Below are positions 10,409-20,338 of a stretch of DNA of 64,000 nucleotides, piece after piece. The stretch is from an uncultured Bacteroidales bacterium (GTDB taxonomy: Bacteria > Bacteroidota > Bacteroidia > Bacteroidales > PWNQ01), in NCBI GenBank assembly GCA_964477095.1, contig CAYZDA010000005.1, forward strand, positions 12,703 to 76,702, in the 5' to 3' direction. A program made the translations under genes and the position numbers. Numbering within the stretch: position 1 is the stretch's first letter; every line of letters begins with the position of its first letter. The notes beneath the pieces were generated by a model. The model saw only the letters and a list, made by a program, of their open reading frames with translations, was not told the origin of the DNA and did not search any database.

Positions 10409-10891
10409 TTACAATGTTTTGGTGGCTTCAATAGCAGCTTTGATGCGTTCATCAACTTTGTCGGGTTCGTGTTTTGTGAGCTCATTGAAGTCGCCTCTTA
10501 AAGCCTTTAGGGCATATTTTTCACGGTCGATTTCCTGCCTTGTTCTAAAGCCCATTCTTCTGAGGGCCATAGTGCAGGGCGACCAGCCCTTAACAGCACT
10601 CATACCTGAGGAAGCAGCGGCCAGTGTGGTTACAAACCACCATTTTTTTGATCCCAGCACACCAAGCAGGATACTGCCCAGCCCGATTCCGGAGTCGATG
10701 GCCTGTACCAGCTTCTGTACATCCCATTCCTTTTCCAGTGTGTTGATGCGGCCTGTGATAATGTCTTCCGCTTGCGTGGCATAATACCGAATGTTGTCTT
10801 CGATATAGCGGTCGATCCTTCGGTTGATCTCTTCGCCTGTGTTTTCCCTGATCATATCCATATAATCAGTGCCTTGATAGTTCTTGTTCAT
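10409..10891 (-). CDS. hypothetical membrane-associated protein
   Basis: 160-aa ORF with a central hydrophobic hairpin. There is a weak resemblance to DUF2892/YgaP-like proteins. Not confidently assigned. Confidence 0.3.
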   Translation of the reverse strand: MNKNYQGTDYMDMIRENTGEEINRRIDRYIEDNIRYYATQAEDIITGRINTLEKEWDVQKLVQAIDSGIGLGSILLGVLGSKKWWFVTTLAAASSGMSAVKGWSPCTMALRRMGFRTRQEIDREKYALKALRGDFNELTKHEPDKVDERIKAAIEATKTL

Positions 10892-10959
10892 AGTTAATCA
10901 AATTTTTAATTTGTTCTTAGTTTGTATGTCTTATTTCGTGCTCATTTTGGTATTGATCT

Positions 10960-11751
10960 TCAGTAACCGGGTTGTGTCTGGCAGGAAGGACATATAAAAC
11001 AACCCCTGCCGTTTACTCTGATCTTTTTAATACTACCGCCACATCGCGGACAGTCTCTGCCTTCCTCACGGTTTGGCAACAGATAGGATGCCGGTAGTTG
11101 TGAGGGTTGTGCATCCTTTTTAATTGCCATCTTCATAACCCTCTTCGTAGTATTGAACAAAGAATTAAAGCTTTTGTCAGTTAATTTTTCAATCTTTTGC
11201 TTCGGATGTATTTTTTCCTGAAACAATATTTCATCGGAATAAATATTGCCAATACCAGCCACAGCGCTCTGATCCATCAGGGCATTTTTAATGCCTCCTC
11301 GCTTGTTTTTAAAGGCCCGGCTGAATTCATCACGGCTACATTCCAATGCATCTTTTCCCAGATTATGAGTCTTACTGTATTCAGCCGGGCTGCCGGTTAT
11401 TTCCAGTGCTCCCAGCTTCCTTTTGGATATATAATTTAAGCGGTGGTTTCCAAAGTCCACACTCAATTTTGTGTATTTTGGTTTCGGTTTGTTTTTTTCA
11501 GAAGTTTCGAGGTATCCTGTCATCCCAAAGTGCATGGCCAGCCATTTATTATTGCTGATTTTCATCAATATATGCTTGCCGTTTCTCAGGGTTTGGGTAA
11601 ATACATTACCATTCAGGCTGCGGCTGATGAGCTGTTTTGAGGATTTAAGTACCTGTTGGGCATCCTCATAGTCCACAGATTCAATTTTTTTATTCAGTGC
11701 ATGTTTTTCAGCATGCTGCCGGAATATTTCCACGTCAGGTAGTTCAGGCAT
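10960..11751 (-). CDS. Fpg/Nei family DNA glycosylase / AP lyase
   Basis: 263-aa ORF. It has the catalytic N-terminus MPELPDVE and the C-terminal zinc finger CPRCGGSIKKIRVNGRGCFICPSCQ. Its start overlaps the upstream LigD-Pol stop by 8 nt (ATGCCTGA). Confidence 0.8.
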   Translation of the reverse strand: MPELPDVEIFRQHAEKHALNKKIESVDYEDAQQVLKSSKQLISRSLNGNVFTQTLRNGKHILMKISNNKWLAMHFGMTGYLETSEKNKPKPKYTKLSVDFGNHRLNYISKRKLGALEITGSPAEYSKTHNLGKDALECSRDEFSRAFKNKRGGIKNALMDQSAVAGIGNIYSDEILFQEKIHPKQKIEKLTDKSFNSLFNTTKRVMKMAIKKDAQPSQLPASYLLPNREEGRDCPRCGGSIKKIRVNGRGCFICPSCQTQPGY

Positions 11752-12673
11752 TTTCTTGTTTTTTTATGAGTTCATCCAGTTTTTTTCTTGCTTTATCCAG
11801 GTTGTTCTTTTTCTGATTAAAATCTTTCCAGGGATTTTCCTTGCGGGATATTCTCTGGAAGATATTGCTGTATTTATAGCTTTGCGCGTTGAGAGCGCTT
11901 TTGCCGGTTTCATTCCAGGAAAGAGGAGTAGCCACAGGTGCACCCTTAATGGGGCGCAACGCATAAGGTACCACGGAGGTTTGCCCGTAAGCATTTCTAA
12001 GATAGTCCAGAAACAATCTTCCTTTGCGTTTTTTCTTGAGTGTTTCCACCGTGTAATCATCAGGTTTTGTGTCAGCGAGCAGATTGGCTGCATCCCTGGC
12101 AAACTGCCGCGTTTGATCAAAGTCAGCTGTTTGATCCAGCGGAAGCACCACATGCATACCCCTGGATCCGGTAGTCATTACATAGCAGTGTAGTTCCAGC
12201 TCATCAAACAGCTTTTTGAAATCCTTTGCTGCCTGTTGCACCAGTTTGAATCCGTTTTCGGGAGGATCCAGGTCATAGATCATTTTGTCAGGATAATCCA
12301 GTTTGTTCTTTTTGCTCAGCCAGATATGCGGGGTGATGCAGGCCTGGTTGGCAATATAAATGAGAGCTGCTTCCGAGTCGCAATTAAGCATCTGCTGGCT
12401 GTCTTCGCCTGCTTTTTTTACTCTCACTTTGATTTCCTTCAGCCAGCCGGGGAAGTAATCAGCGGTTTGCTTCTGATAAAAATTATTGCCGTTAATGCCG
12501 TCAGGATAGCGATGAATCATCATGGGCCGGTCTGTCGTAAGGGGTATGATGTGTTCGGCCATTTGTGAATAATATTCCGCCAGCTCTTTTTTGCTGATGT
12601 TGTCATCCGGGAACATTTGTTTATCCGGATTGGAAATCTCAATGCTATGTCCGTTAGCCTTCATTTTTGTCAT
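11744..12673 (-). CDS. LigD polymerase/primase domain protein (stand-alone ORF)
   Basis: 309-aa ORF with AEP primase-polymerase motifs YDLDPPE and TGSRGMHVV. Confidence 0.8.
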   Translation of the reverse strand: MTKMKANGHSIEISNPDKQMFPDDNISKKELAEYYSQMAEHIIPLTTDRPMMIHRYPDGINGNNFYQKQTADYFPGWLKEIKVRVKKAGEDSQQMLNCDSEAALIYIANQACITPHIWLSKKNKLDYPDKMIYDLDPPENGFKLVQQAAKDFKKLFDELELHCYVMTTGSRGMHVVLPLDQTADFDQTRQFARDAANLLADTKPDDYTVETLKKKRKGRLFLDYLRNAYGQTSVVPYALRPIKGAPVATPLSWNETGKSALNAQSYKYSNIFQRISRKENPWKDFNQKKNNLDKARKKLDELIKKQENA

Positions 12674-13721
12674 GATGAGGTGTTTCTTTGGTTACATCTT
12701 TGGCATCCTTGTCATCCCGCAGCCCAAGATAGGAGGGATGCCTGAGTTTATTGTCACTGGTCCATTCCGTAAAACGGAACTCTCCAACCAGCCGGGGTGT
12801 GAGCCAGGTGACATCTTTGTAATCCGGTTTTTCATTATCAAAAGGTGGGGTTTTGCGTTTCAGCATTTTCATTTTATCATGCAGCATTTTCAGTGTTTCC
12901 TCATTATAGCCTGTTCCCACTTTACCAGCATGCTTTAGTTTACCATCCTGGTAAAATCCAACGATGAGCGCGCCAAAATAATCACGTTCTCCCTGCGGTG
13001 CCGTATAGCCACAGATCACCAACTCCTGGCTGTTTTCACATTTAAACTTCAACCAGCTTTTCGAGCGCTTATGGCTGTACTGGCTTTCGGCATCCTTTGC
13101 GATAAGACCTTCCCAGCCTTTTTTACAGGCTTCCTTAAGAAAATCTTCACCTTTTTCATCACGGTGTTCTGTAAAGCGCAGGTGCTTTGATGAGAAATCA
13201 ATGCTTTTTTTAAGTAATGACTTGCGGTGCTTAAGCGGAAGCTTTGAAAGCTCGTAACCGTTTAAATGTATAATGTCGAATATGTAATAGTACACCGCCA
13301 CATCCTGATCGGGAGCTTTGCTTTGCATGCGTGGCTGCAATTTGGAGAATGAACTAACATTGCCGTCGAAAGCAACCACTTCACCATCCACAATAAAGTC
13401 ATGATCCTGTTTTTCCAGAGCTTGGGCTATTTCCGGATACTGATGATTTTTCTTTTTCTTATTGCGCGACACCAGCTTCACCTCACTGTTCTTTTTGAAT
13501 GATAAACAGCGTTCACCATCCAGTTTACGTTCGAAAATCCAGCCTTTTTTGGAAAACGTGTCATGCGTGAGAGTGGCGAGCATTGGGCCAGTCCAGGAAG
13601 GTTGTTTCACCTTATTTATTTGCTTGCTGACTTTCTCAGGAATCGTGTCAAATATATTGGTCATGATTTTCGTCAGGGTTTGATTATTTTTTTTCTTCCA
13701 TGGCCTTACGGATTTCTTCAA
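12654..13721 (-). CDS. ATP-dependent DNA ligase (LigD ligase domain, stand-alone ORF)
   Basis: 355-aa ORF with adenylation motif I ERKLDGERC, then EGLIAKD and WLKFK. The start is more likely the Met at 13664. Confidence 0.85.
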   Translation of the reverse strand: MKKSVRPWKKKNNQTLTKIMTNIFDTIPEKVSKQINKVKQPSWTGPMLATLTHDTFSKKGWIFERKLDGERCLSFKKNSEVKLVSRNKKKKNHQYPEIAQALEKQDHDFIVDGEVVAFDGNVSSFSKLQPRMQSKAPDQDVAVYYYIFDIIHLNGYELSKLPLKHRKSLLKKSIDFSSKHLRFTEHRDEKGEDFLKEACKKGWEGLIAKDAESQYSHKRSKSWLKFKCENSQELVICGYTAPQGERDYFGALIVGFYQDGKLKHAGKVGTGYNEETLKMLHDKMKMLKRKTPPFDNEKPDYKDVTWLTPRLVGEFRFTEWTSDNKLRHPSYLGLRDDKDAKDVTKETPHHDKNEG

Positions 13722-14274
13722 TGGTTTTGCCTGAAAGGATGGATTTTGGTTCAGTGCTCAGCGGATTTCTGCGGGCATCAGCTTCATCATCTTTCATTTT
13801 TTTGAAAAGCCAGTTTTTGCCGGTTTTGATCAGTACATAACCGCCCCTGAGTTTTTTACCTTCCAGCCACACTTCCACCTTGCCATCATCAAATGATGCC
13901 TCCATGCTCATGGAGTCACCCTCTTTGTCAGCACGCAGGTTTTTATATGTTCCGCCGTCCCATACGATCACTGTTCCGCCTCCATATTCATCTTCTGGAA
14001 TAGTGCCTTCAAAATCGGCATATTCCAGCGGATGGTCTTCGGTATTCACAGCCATTCTTTTATCAGAAGGGTCAGTGGAAGGGCCCTTAGGGATAGCCCA
14101 TGATTTCAGTACGCCATCTATTTCCAGCCGGAAGTCGTAGTGCAGGTTGGAAGCATCGTGTTTCTGGATCACGAAGCGGGGCTTATTGGATTTCTTTTTT
14201 TTACCGCCGCTGGGTTCAGTAGTTTTTTTAAAGTCGCGTTTTTTTTCGTATTCATTGAGCTTAGTTTTATCCAT
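13684..14274 (-). CDS. LigD 3'-phosphoesterase domain protein (stand-alone ORF)
   Basis: 196-aa ORF with the signature FVIQKHDASNLHYDFRLE...WAIPKGPS. Confidence 0.8.
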   Translation of the reverse strand: MDKTKLNEYEKKRDFKKTTEPSGGKKKKSNKPRFVIQKHDASNLHYDFRLEIDGVLKSWAIPKGPSTDPSDKRMAVNTEDHPLEYADFEGTIPEDEYGGGTVIVWDGGTYKNLRADKEGDSMSMEASFDDGKVEVWLEGKKLRGGYVLIKTGKNWLFKKMKDDEADARRNPLSTEPKSILSGKTIEEIRKAMEEKK

Positions 14275-14473
14275 ATCATTAAGCTTGCGGATTTTAAAAG
14301 ATACTTTCGTAAAGTTACAATAGTTATATATTTGACGTTTAGCAGCTGGATTTGTTCATAATAAGCCATAAAAGCAGCACCCGGGGTAAGTGCTGCAGAT
14401 AATGCTGCAATGACGGATACCGGCAAACTGATTTTGAAATTCAGGCAGAAACCGGCTGACCGTGGTTTTAAGC

Positions 14474-17400
14474 TTAGAGATGTTTTTTTAGTATGTCAAG
14501 CAGGGCCTGTTTCCTGATTGGCTTTGAAATGTAGTCGTCACAGCAGGCATCCAGTGCTTTTTGCTTGATCCCTTCATGGGCATAGGCCGATTGAGCAATG
14601 ATCAGTACATCCCGGTTGAAGTGTCTGATCCTGGTTGCAAGCTCAAAGCCGTTCATGCCCGGTAATTTAATATCCAAAAGAATGATGTCGATGTCGCTTT
14701 TCGACTTTACCAGTTCAAGGGCGTGAAGTCCGTCGCAGCTATGCAGTATTTCCCTGCATTTACCGCTGAGAAGTTCAGTGAGGTACAGCTCGGAAATTTC
14801 TTCGTCTTCCACGATAAGCACAGTGGATTCCTTCAGTAGGTCTTGCAGTTGCGGTTCTTTATTCAATGGACCGCTCAGTTCTGTTTTTACTTCTGTTTGC
14901 TTCAGCGGAATACTGAACCAGAACACAGAGCCTTTTCCTTCTGAAGAAGAAAAGTCAATATTTCCTTTCAGCATTTCCACGTATGATTTGGTTATGGCCA
15001 GGCCCAGGCCAGAGCCTTCACGGACTTCCCGGTCTTCAAGGTCGGCCTGGACAAAGCGTTCGAAAATAGCATGCTTGCGTGAGTCCGGGATGCCAATGCC
15101 TGTATCGGATATAGTAACCACAAGCTCATCAGCTTTTCGTTCCCACCTTATCTTAATCCGTCCCTGATCAGTATATTTTAGGGCGTTTTTGATCAGATTG
15201 GTAATCACGGAAGATAGTTTTTTGCGGTCTGTTTCAATGATAGCTTCTTCTTCAGGGAGGCTCTTCTCTATAATCAGTTCCAGTCCTTTTTGGACGGCTT
15301 CAGGACGGAAAAAACTATAAAGTTCATACATAAGTGAATTCACATTTAGCTGCTCCCTGCTAACTGTTACTGCCCCGGATTCTATTTTTGAAATGTCTAT
15401 AAGGTCATTGATGGTATTCAGCATTCGCTCACCACTTCTTTCAATGATGCTCAGGTACTCCAGCATCCTGTCCCTTTCGAAAGCTGACTCCTGAAGCAGA
15501 TTGGTAAAGCCAAGAATACCATTCATTGGTGTGCGGATTTCATGACTCATATTGGCAAGAAAAGCAGACTTTAAGCGATCGGACTCCTCTGCTTTTTCCT
15601 TGGCTGTGATCAGTTCGTTTTTTGTTTTATTTTTTTCGGTTAGATCAATATCAATGCGATACAATTCTTCATATTTTCCCATTACGTTTACCAGTATGAA
15701 GTTGGAATAAACCGGTACGCGGGAGCCATCTTTCCGCTTCATGGTGTATTCGCCGGAAGGAATCTGCTCTTTGTTTTGAAAGGCGCTGGTGAAAATATCG
15801 CGAAGAGCTTTGTCTTCTTCAGGTGGAATCACCAGATCAAATACATTTTTACCTTCTGCTTCCCCGGGTGTGTATCCATAAACAGCCTTATTGGCCTGGT
15901 TCCAGAAGCAAACATTCCCATATCTGTCGTATCCCTGAACCGCGATATTTTTTACCCCGTCAAATATCAGCCTGAAGCGCTCTTCACTTTCCCTGAGCTT
16001 TGCCTCAGCTTCTTTAATATCTGTGATATCCTGGTGGGTTCCATACATCCACAGTGGTTTACCGTCGCTGGTGGTAACTGTCATTTTCCCCTTGCTGATT
16101 ATCCATACCCAGTGTCCTTCTTTATGCCTCATTCGAATTTCAGAGAAATAATTTTGGGTTTCACCGTTCAGGTTGGCTTGAAGTAGTTTTTTCGATTTCT
16201 TCAGGTCTTCAGGGTGAGTTAATTTTGCCCAGGTATCAAAGGTAGCAGGGGATAACTCATCAAGGGTGTAGCCGATCATTTTTGCCCATTGTTCATTACA
16301 AATGGTTTCACCGGTTTGGATATTCCATTCCCAGGTTCCGGTGCTGGTCCCTTCAATAATGGATGTCAAACGGTGCTTTTGGGAATCTATACGGGCCAGG
16401 TTTTCTTTTTGTACGGTGATGTCCCGTACTATGCAAATGAGGCTTTCGTCCTCCAGCAGGCTCAAGGATACATCCTGATAAAATGTGCTGCCGTCTTTTT
16501 TTAATCCGGTGGCCTCGCCACGCCACTTTTTTAACTGCAACAGTTCAGGCATTATGGCCTGAAATTTTTTTAAATGTTCATCCTTGTATAATTTTTTCCA
16601 TGAAGCGCCCACTAATTCCTCTGGAGTGTTATATCCATATATGTTAGCATGTGCCTGGTTCATGTAAATATATTTATGATCAGAATCCAGAATAGCTATT
16701 CCGTCCATGGCATTTTCCATGGCTTTTGACTGCCGGGTAAGCTTACAGTTTATTTCTTTTTCCCTGCTTATATCCCTTATGATTCCTGTAGCCTGATTTG
16801 TTACCGGATTATATTCCGCCATGGAATGAATGTCAATAATCTTATTATCAGTGGGGCGTCTGATCTGGAATTCGATATCATAGCTGCTGTTGTTTTTTAT
16901 CAGGTTTTCCATTTCAAGGTCCAAAGCTTCGCGGTATTTTTTGAGGGGAATTTTCTGAAGTTCTTTTATGGTGTACGTTTTCTGATGATTAAGGCCGTAA
17001 ATCTTGCATGACTGTTGCGACACCTTCACCGTTCCTTTATTGAAATCAAACACCCAGCTACCCATGTTACCTATCTTCTGCGCCCTGTCCATTTGCTGTT
17101 CACTTTCGCGTATATATTGTTGCTGGCGATACTCGTCGGTTACATCACGGAAAACCAGTACCACGCCATATATTTTTCCCTTCTCATCTTTTATGGGCGC
17201 ACCCGAATCCGCTATATGGTATTCCACTCCTGATTTTGATATAAGCTTGGTATGATTTGCCAGTCCTACGATGTTACCGGTTTTTAATACCCTGGCAATC
17301 GGATTTTCGGTTTTATCCCCCGTTATAGCATTAAAAATCCTGAATACCTGTTCCAGATCTTTTCCTATGGCTTCAGCTGAACTCCATCCGGTGAGTTTTT

Positions 17401-18031
17401 CAGCGATCTCATTCATTTCGGTTACCCTGCCGGTTTTATCTGTAGCGATTACTGCATCACCAATGGATTTTAGCATGATGCTTAAATATCGCTGATGCTT
17501 TTCTATTTCGCCTGTTAAGTGATGGCGCTCGAGAAAATGTGATAGCCTTAGTGAAATAGTATTTATGAGCTTTCGTTCTTCTTCCAGGAATGGCCCTTCA
17601 TCAAGCTCAGGCTTTTCTTCTAAAAAGAAAACCTCTATCTTTCCTACGGACTTGTCATTCTGAAAAATATCAGCAGACTGCCGCCACTCTGTTTCCCTGA
17701 AATTCTCCGAAGTAAAGCTCTTTTTGCCAGTACTGATCCTTGCACAGGTAATTTCAGGATAGTGCCATGCAGCAGCAATCAGGTTAACTGCCTGCTTAAA
17801 AACTTCATCTTTATCATTCCCGTGTATGTTGATCAGTTCACTGAGCGAATGCAGGCAGCTAAGTTCTTTTACGCGTTCATGCATATTATGCTGTACGCTG
17901 ACCAGATCATGCAAAGCATCAGTGGCAGATTCGTGTAGCCTGTTAAGAATATCCTCATCTTTATAATTGTCGCTGCTTTCGATAATTTTTCTGAATTCTT
18001 CTTTAAGATTATTTAATGAATCACTTTTCAT
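14474..18031 (-). CDS. hybrid sensor histidine kinase / response regulator with multiple PAS domains
   Basis: 1185-aa ORF. It has several PAS/PAC-like repeats, the H-box SHEIRTPMNGI, an HATPase region (DTGIGIP...GSGLGLAI) and a C-terminal receiver (ILLDIKLPGMNGFEL). Confidence 0.85.
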   Translation of the reverse strand: MKSDSLNNLKEEFRKIIESSDNYKDEDILNRLHESATDALHDLVSVQHNMHERVKELSCLHSLSELINIHGNDKDEVFKQAVNLIAAAWHYPEITCARISTGKKSFTSENFRETEWRQSADIFQNDKSVGKIEVFFLEEKPELDEGPFLEEERKLINTISLRLSHFLERHHLTGEIEKHQRYLSIMLKSIGDAVIATDKTGRVTEMNEIAEKLTGWSSAEAIGKDLEQVFRIFNAITGDKTENPIARVLKTGNIVGLANHTKLISKSGVEYHIADSGAPIKDEKGKIYGVVLVFRDVTDEYRQQQYIRESEQQMDRAQKIGNMGSWVFDFNKGTVKVSQQSCKIYGLNHQKTYTIKELQKIPLKKYREALDLEMENLIKNNSSYDIEFQIRRPTDNKIIDIHSMAEYNPVTNQATGIIRDISREKEINCKLTRQSKAMENAMDGIAILDSDHKYIYMNQAHANIYGYNTPEELVGASWKKLYKDEHLKKFQAIMPELLQLKKWRGEATGLKKDGSTFYQDVSLSLLEDESLICIVRDITVQKENLARIDSQKHRLTSIIEGTSTGTWEWNIQTGETICNEQWAKMIGYTLDELSPATFDTWAKLTHPEDLKKSKKLLQANLNGETQNYFSEIRMRHKEGHWVWIISKGKMTVTTSDGKPLWMYGTHQDITDIKEAEAKLRESEERFRLIFDGVKNIAVQGYDRYGNVCFWNQANKAVYGYTPGEAEGKNVFDLVIPPEEDKALRDIFTSAFQNKEQIPSGEYTMKRKDGSRVPVYSNFILVNVMGKYEELYRIDIDLTEKNKTKNELITAKEKAEESDRLKSAFLANMSHEIRTPMNGILGFTNLLQESAFERDRMLEYLSIIERSGERMLNTINDLIDISKIESGAVTVSREQLNVNSLMYELYSFFRPEAVQKGLELIIEKSLPEEEAIIETDRKKLSSVITNLIKNALKYTDQGRIKIRWERKADELVVTISDTGIGIPDSRKHAIFERFVQADLEDREVREGSGLGLAITKSYVEMLKGNIDFSSSEGKGSVFWFSIPLKQTEVKTELSGPLNKEPQLQDLLKESTVLIVEDEEISELYLTELLSGKCREILHSCDGLHALELVKSKSDIDIILLDIKLPGMNGFELATRIRHFNRDVLIIAQSAYAHEGIKQKALDACCDDYISKPIRKQALLDILKKHL

Positions 18032-18221
18032 CCTGAAAATCCTTTTTTACAGACGGGCCTGTACAAAATCTGATAAGGATAACTGTTGCCATGTCAGGTA
18101 CTTTGTTTCCCCGCGATGTTATTAGGCAAAACTAAGCATATAAACAGTCAAATAGCAAAGAAAATTCCGGATAATTCATCTAAATGCAGATTCGCCAAGT
18201 ATCCTTATCTTTGCGATTCAA

Positions 18222-20312
18222 TTGCAACATATGGAAAAGACAGATCTGATCCTACAATATTCACCCTGGTTTATTCCGCTTTGCCTGTTGGCAGGAGTCA
18301 TATATGCCGGAATTCTCTACTATCATGAACGGCATAATGACTTCAGCCGCCCGGTGAGGATTTTATTAATGGCAACACGTTTTCTTTTGGTAAGCTTTAC
18401 TGCTTTTTTATTATTGTCGCCACTGGTAAAAAAACAAAGCCATGTAAGTCAAAAACCTGTCATTGTTATTGCACAGGATTTCTCTTCATCAATCAGCCTT
18501 TCTGATGATTCTTCATATCTGCAAACCGGCTACCTGGAGCAGCTGGAAGGTGTTATTACAAGCCTTCAGGGTGAATACCGCACAGATGTGCTTTCTTTCG
18601 GGGAAGAAGTGAAGCAGGGCCTCTCAAAGAAATATGATGACCAATATACCGATATGGGTGCTGTATTGACCTACATCAACAACACCTATGAAAACCGGAA
18701 CCTTGGTGCAGTGTTTGTAGCTACCGATGGTATCGTAAACCAGGGAGTAGATCCTTATTACCTGGCACGGGAAATGACCTTTCCCATTCATGCGGTAGCC
18801 CTGGGTGATACCATCACCACTACTGATATACGGCTGGCTGCTGTGAGAAATAATGATATCGCCTATAAAGACAATTTATTTCCAGTGCAGGTGGATGTTG
18901 CCGCCTCCAATGCTTCAGGGCAAAATGCAAGACTTAATGTGTACCGCAATGATAAACTTGCTGAGAGCAGGCCTTTTACTATTGATTCAGATAATTACAC
19001 TCAAAGCTTTGATTTCGAGTTTGAAGCTAAAGAAAAAGGGATGCAGGAGTTCCGTATTAGCGTTTCGGGGCTGGAGGGTGAAGAAAACCTGTTTAATAAC
19101 AGCCGCAGGGTATTTATAGAGGTGCTGGAAACCAAACAGCGCATTCTGATTCTGGGGCGGCGTCCTCATCCTGACATGGCAGCAATCGGCCGTGCCATCG
19201 GTACAAATCCGAATTATGAAACGGAAACGGCAGTGCTCGATGAATTTAACCAAAAGGCACACGCTTTTAATCTTGTGATCATGCATAGCCTTCCGGAGGG
19301 AAACCGTTCACTGAAAATACTGGAACAGCTGAAATCTAACAATATACCTGTTTGGTTTATTACCGGCCATGGCAGCAGCTATAATTATCTGAATAATTAT
19401 ATCAAAGATATTAAAATACAGGCAGGAGGGAAGCCTGAAGATGTAAAAGGTGTGCTTAATGACAAATATACGCTATTCAGCATACCGGAAGATGAACAGG
19501 GATTACTCTCAACTTTTCCGCCGCTACAAAGCATGTTCGGGAAATACTCCGTACCTGATGAGTCGAAAATACTGGTTTACCGGCGCATCGGTAATGTCAC
19601 CACCTCAGCACCTTTGTGGGCATTTTCAGGGGCGGACGGCCAGAAAACTGGAATTACCCTGGGGGAGGGGCTTTGGCGGTGGAGGCTCTATAATTATGTG
19701 GAAAACAATGATCATGAATTAGTGGACGAGCTGATCAGAAAAAGTGTGAAGTATCTGGTGGCCAGTGAGGATAAAAGCCGATTCAGAGTGAAAGCTTCAT
19801 CGCGCTTTTCAGAATTTGAAGATGTAGTGATTGATGCTGAACTTTATAATCAGAGCTATGAGCCGGTGAATGAGCCTGAAGTAAACCTTCTGATCACCAA
19901 TGAAGAAGGCAGGGAGTTTCCCTATGTAATGAGCAGAAAAGGGGAGGCTTATACATTAAATGCCGGGCAACAGAAACCCGGGGTATACCGCTATAATGCC
20001 ACAACTCAGCTCGGTGCGGAAACATTTGATAAAAGTGGGAAATTCGTAGTGGAAGATGTTAATCTTGAAAGCATGAATACCACTGCTAACCATCATTTGC
20101 TATACAGGCTCGCAAATGAACATAATGGAAAGGTGCTCAATGCAAGGCAGCTGGATGAGATTCCCCAAATTGTTGAAGAGTCGCAGATGAAGCCTGTAGT
20201 TTATAATGTGAAAGAATATATGGAATGGATCAGGATACACTGGTTGCTGATCATCCTGATTAGTTTGCTTACTGTGGAATGGATCGTGAGGAAAGTTAAC
20301 GGAGCCTTGTAA
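18222..20312 (+). CDS. large membrane-anchored hypothetical protein (N- and C-terminal TM helices)
   Basis: 696-aa ORF. There are TM helices at both ends and a long soluble middle that I cannot assign to a family. A start at 18231 is possible. Confidence 0.4.
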   Translation: MQHMEKTDLILQYSPWFIPLCLLAGVIYAGILYYHERHNDFSRPVRILLMATRFLLVSFTAFLLLSPLVKKQSHVSQKPVIVIAQDFSSSISLSDDSSYLQTGYLEQLEGVITSLQGEYRTDVLSFGEEVKQGLSKKYDDQYTDMGAVLTYINNTYENRNLGAVFVATDGIVNQGVDPYYLAREMTFPIHAVALGDTITTTDIRLAAVRNNDIAYKDNLFPVQVDVAASNASGQNARLNVYRNDKLAESRPFTIDSDNYTQSFDFEFEAKEKGMQEFRISVSGLEGEENLFNNSRRVFIEVLETKQRILILGRRPHPDMAAIGRAIGTNPNYETETAVLDEFNQKAHAFNLVIMHSLPEGNRSLKILEQLKSNNIPVWFITGHGSSYNYLNNYIKDIKIQAGGKPEDVKGVLNDKYTLFSIPEDEQGLLSTFPPLQSMFGKYSVPDESKILVYRRIGNVTTSAPLWAFSGADGQKTGITLGEGLWRWRLYNYVENNDHELVDELIRKSVKYLVASEDKSRFRVKASSRFSEFEDVVIDAELYNQSYEPVNEPEVNLLITNEEGREFPYVMSRKGEAYTLNAGQQKPGVYRYNATTQLGAETFDKSGKFVVEDVNLESMNTTANHHLLYRLANEHNGKVLNARQLDEIPQIVEESQMKPVVYNVKEYMEWIRIHWLLIILISLLTVEWIVRKVNGAL

Positions 20313-20338
20313 ACCGGAATTAAATAATTTCTTTTTTA

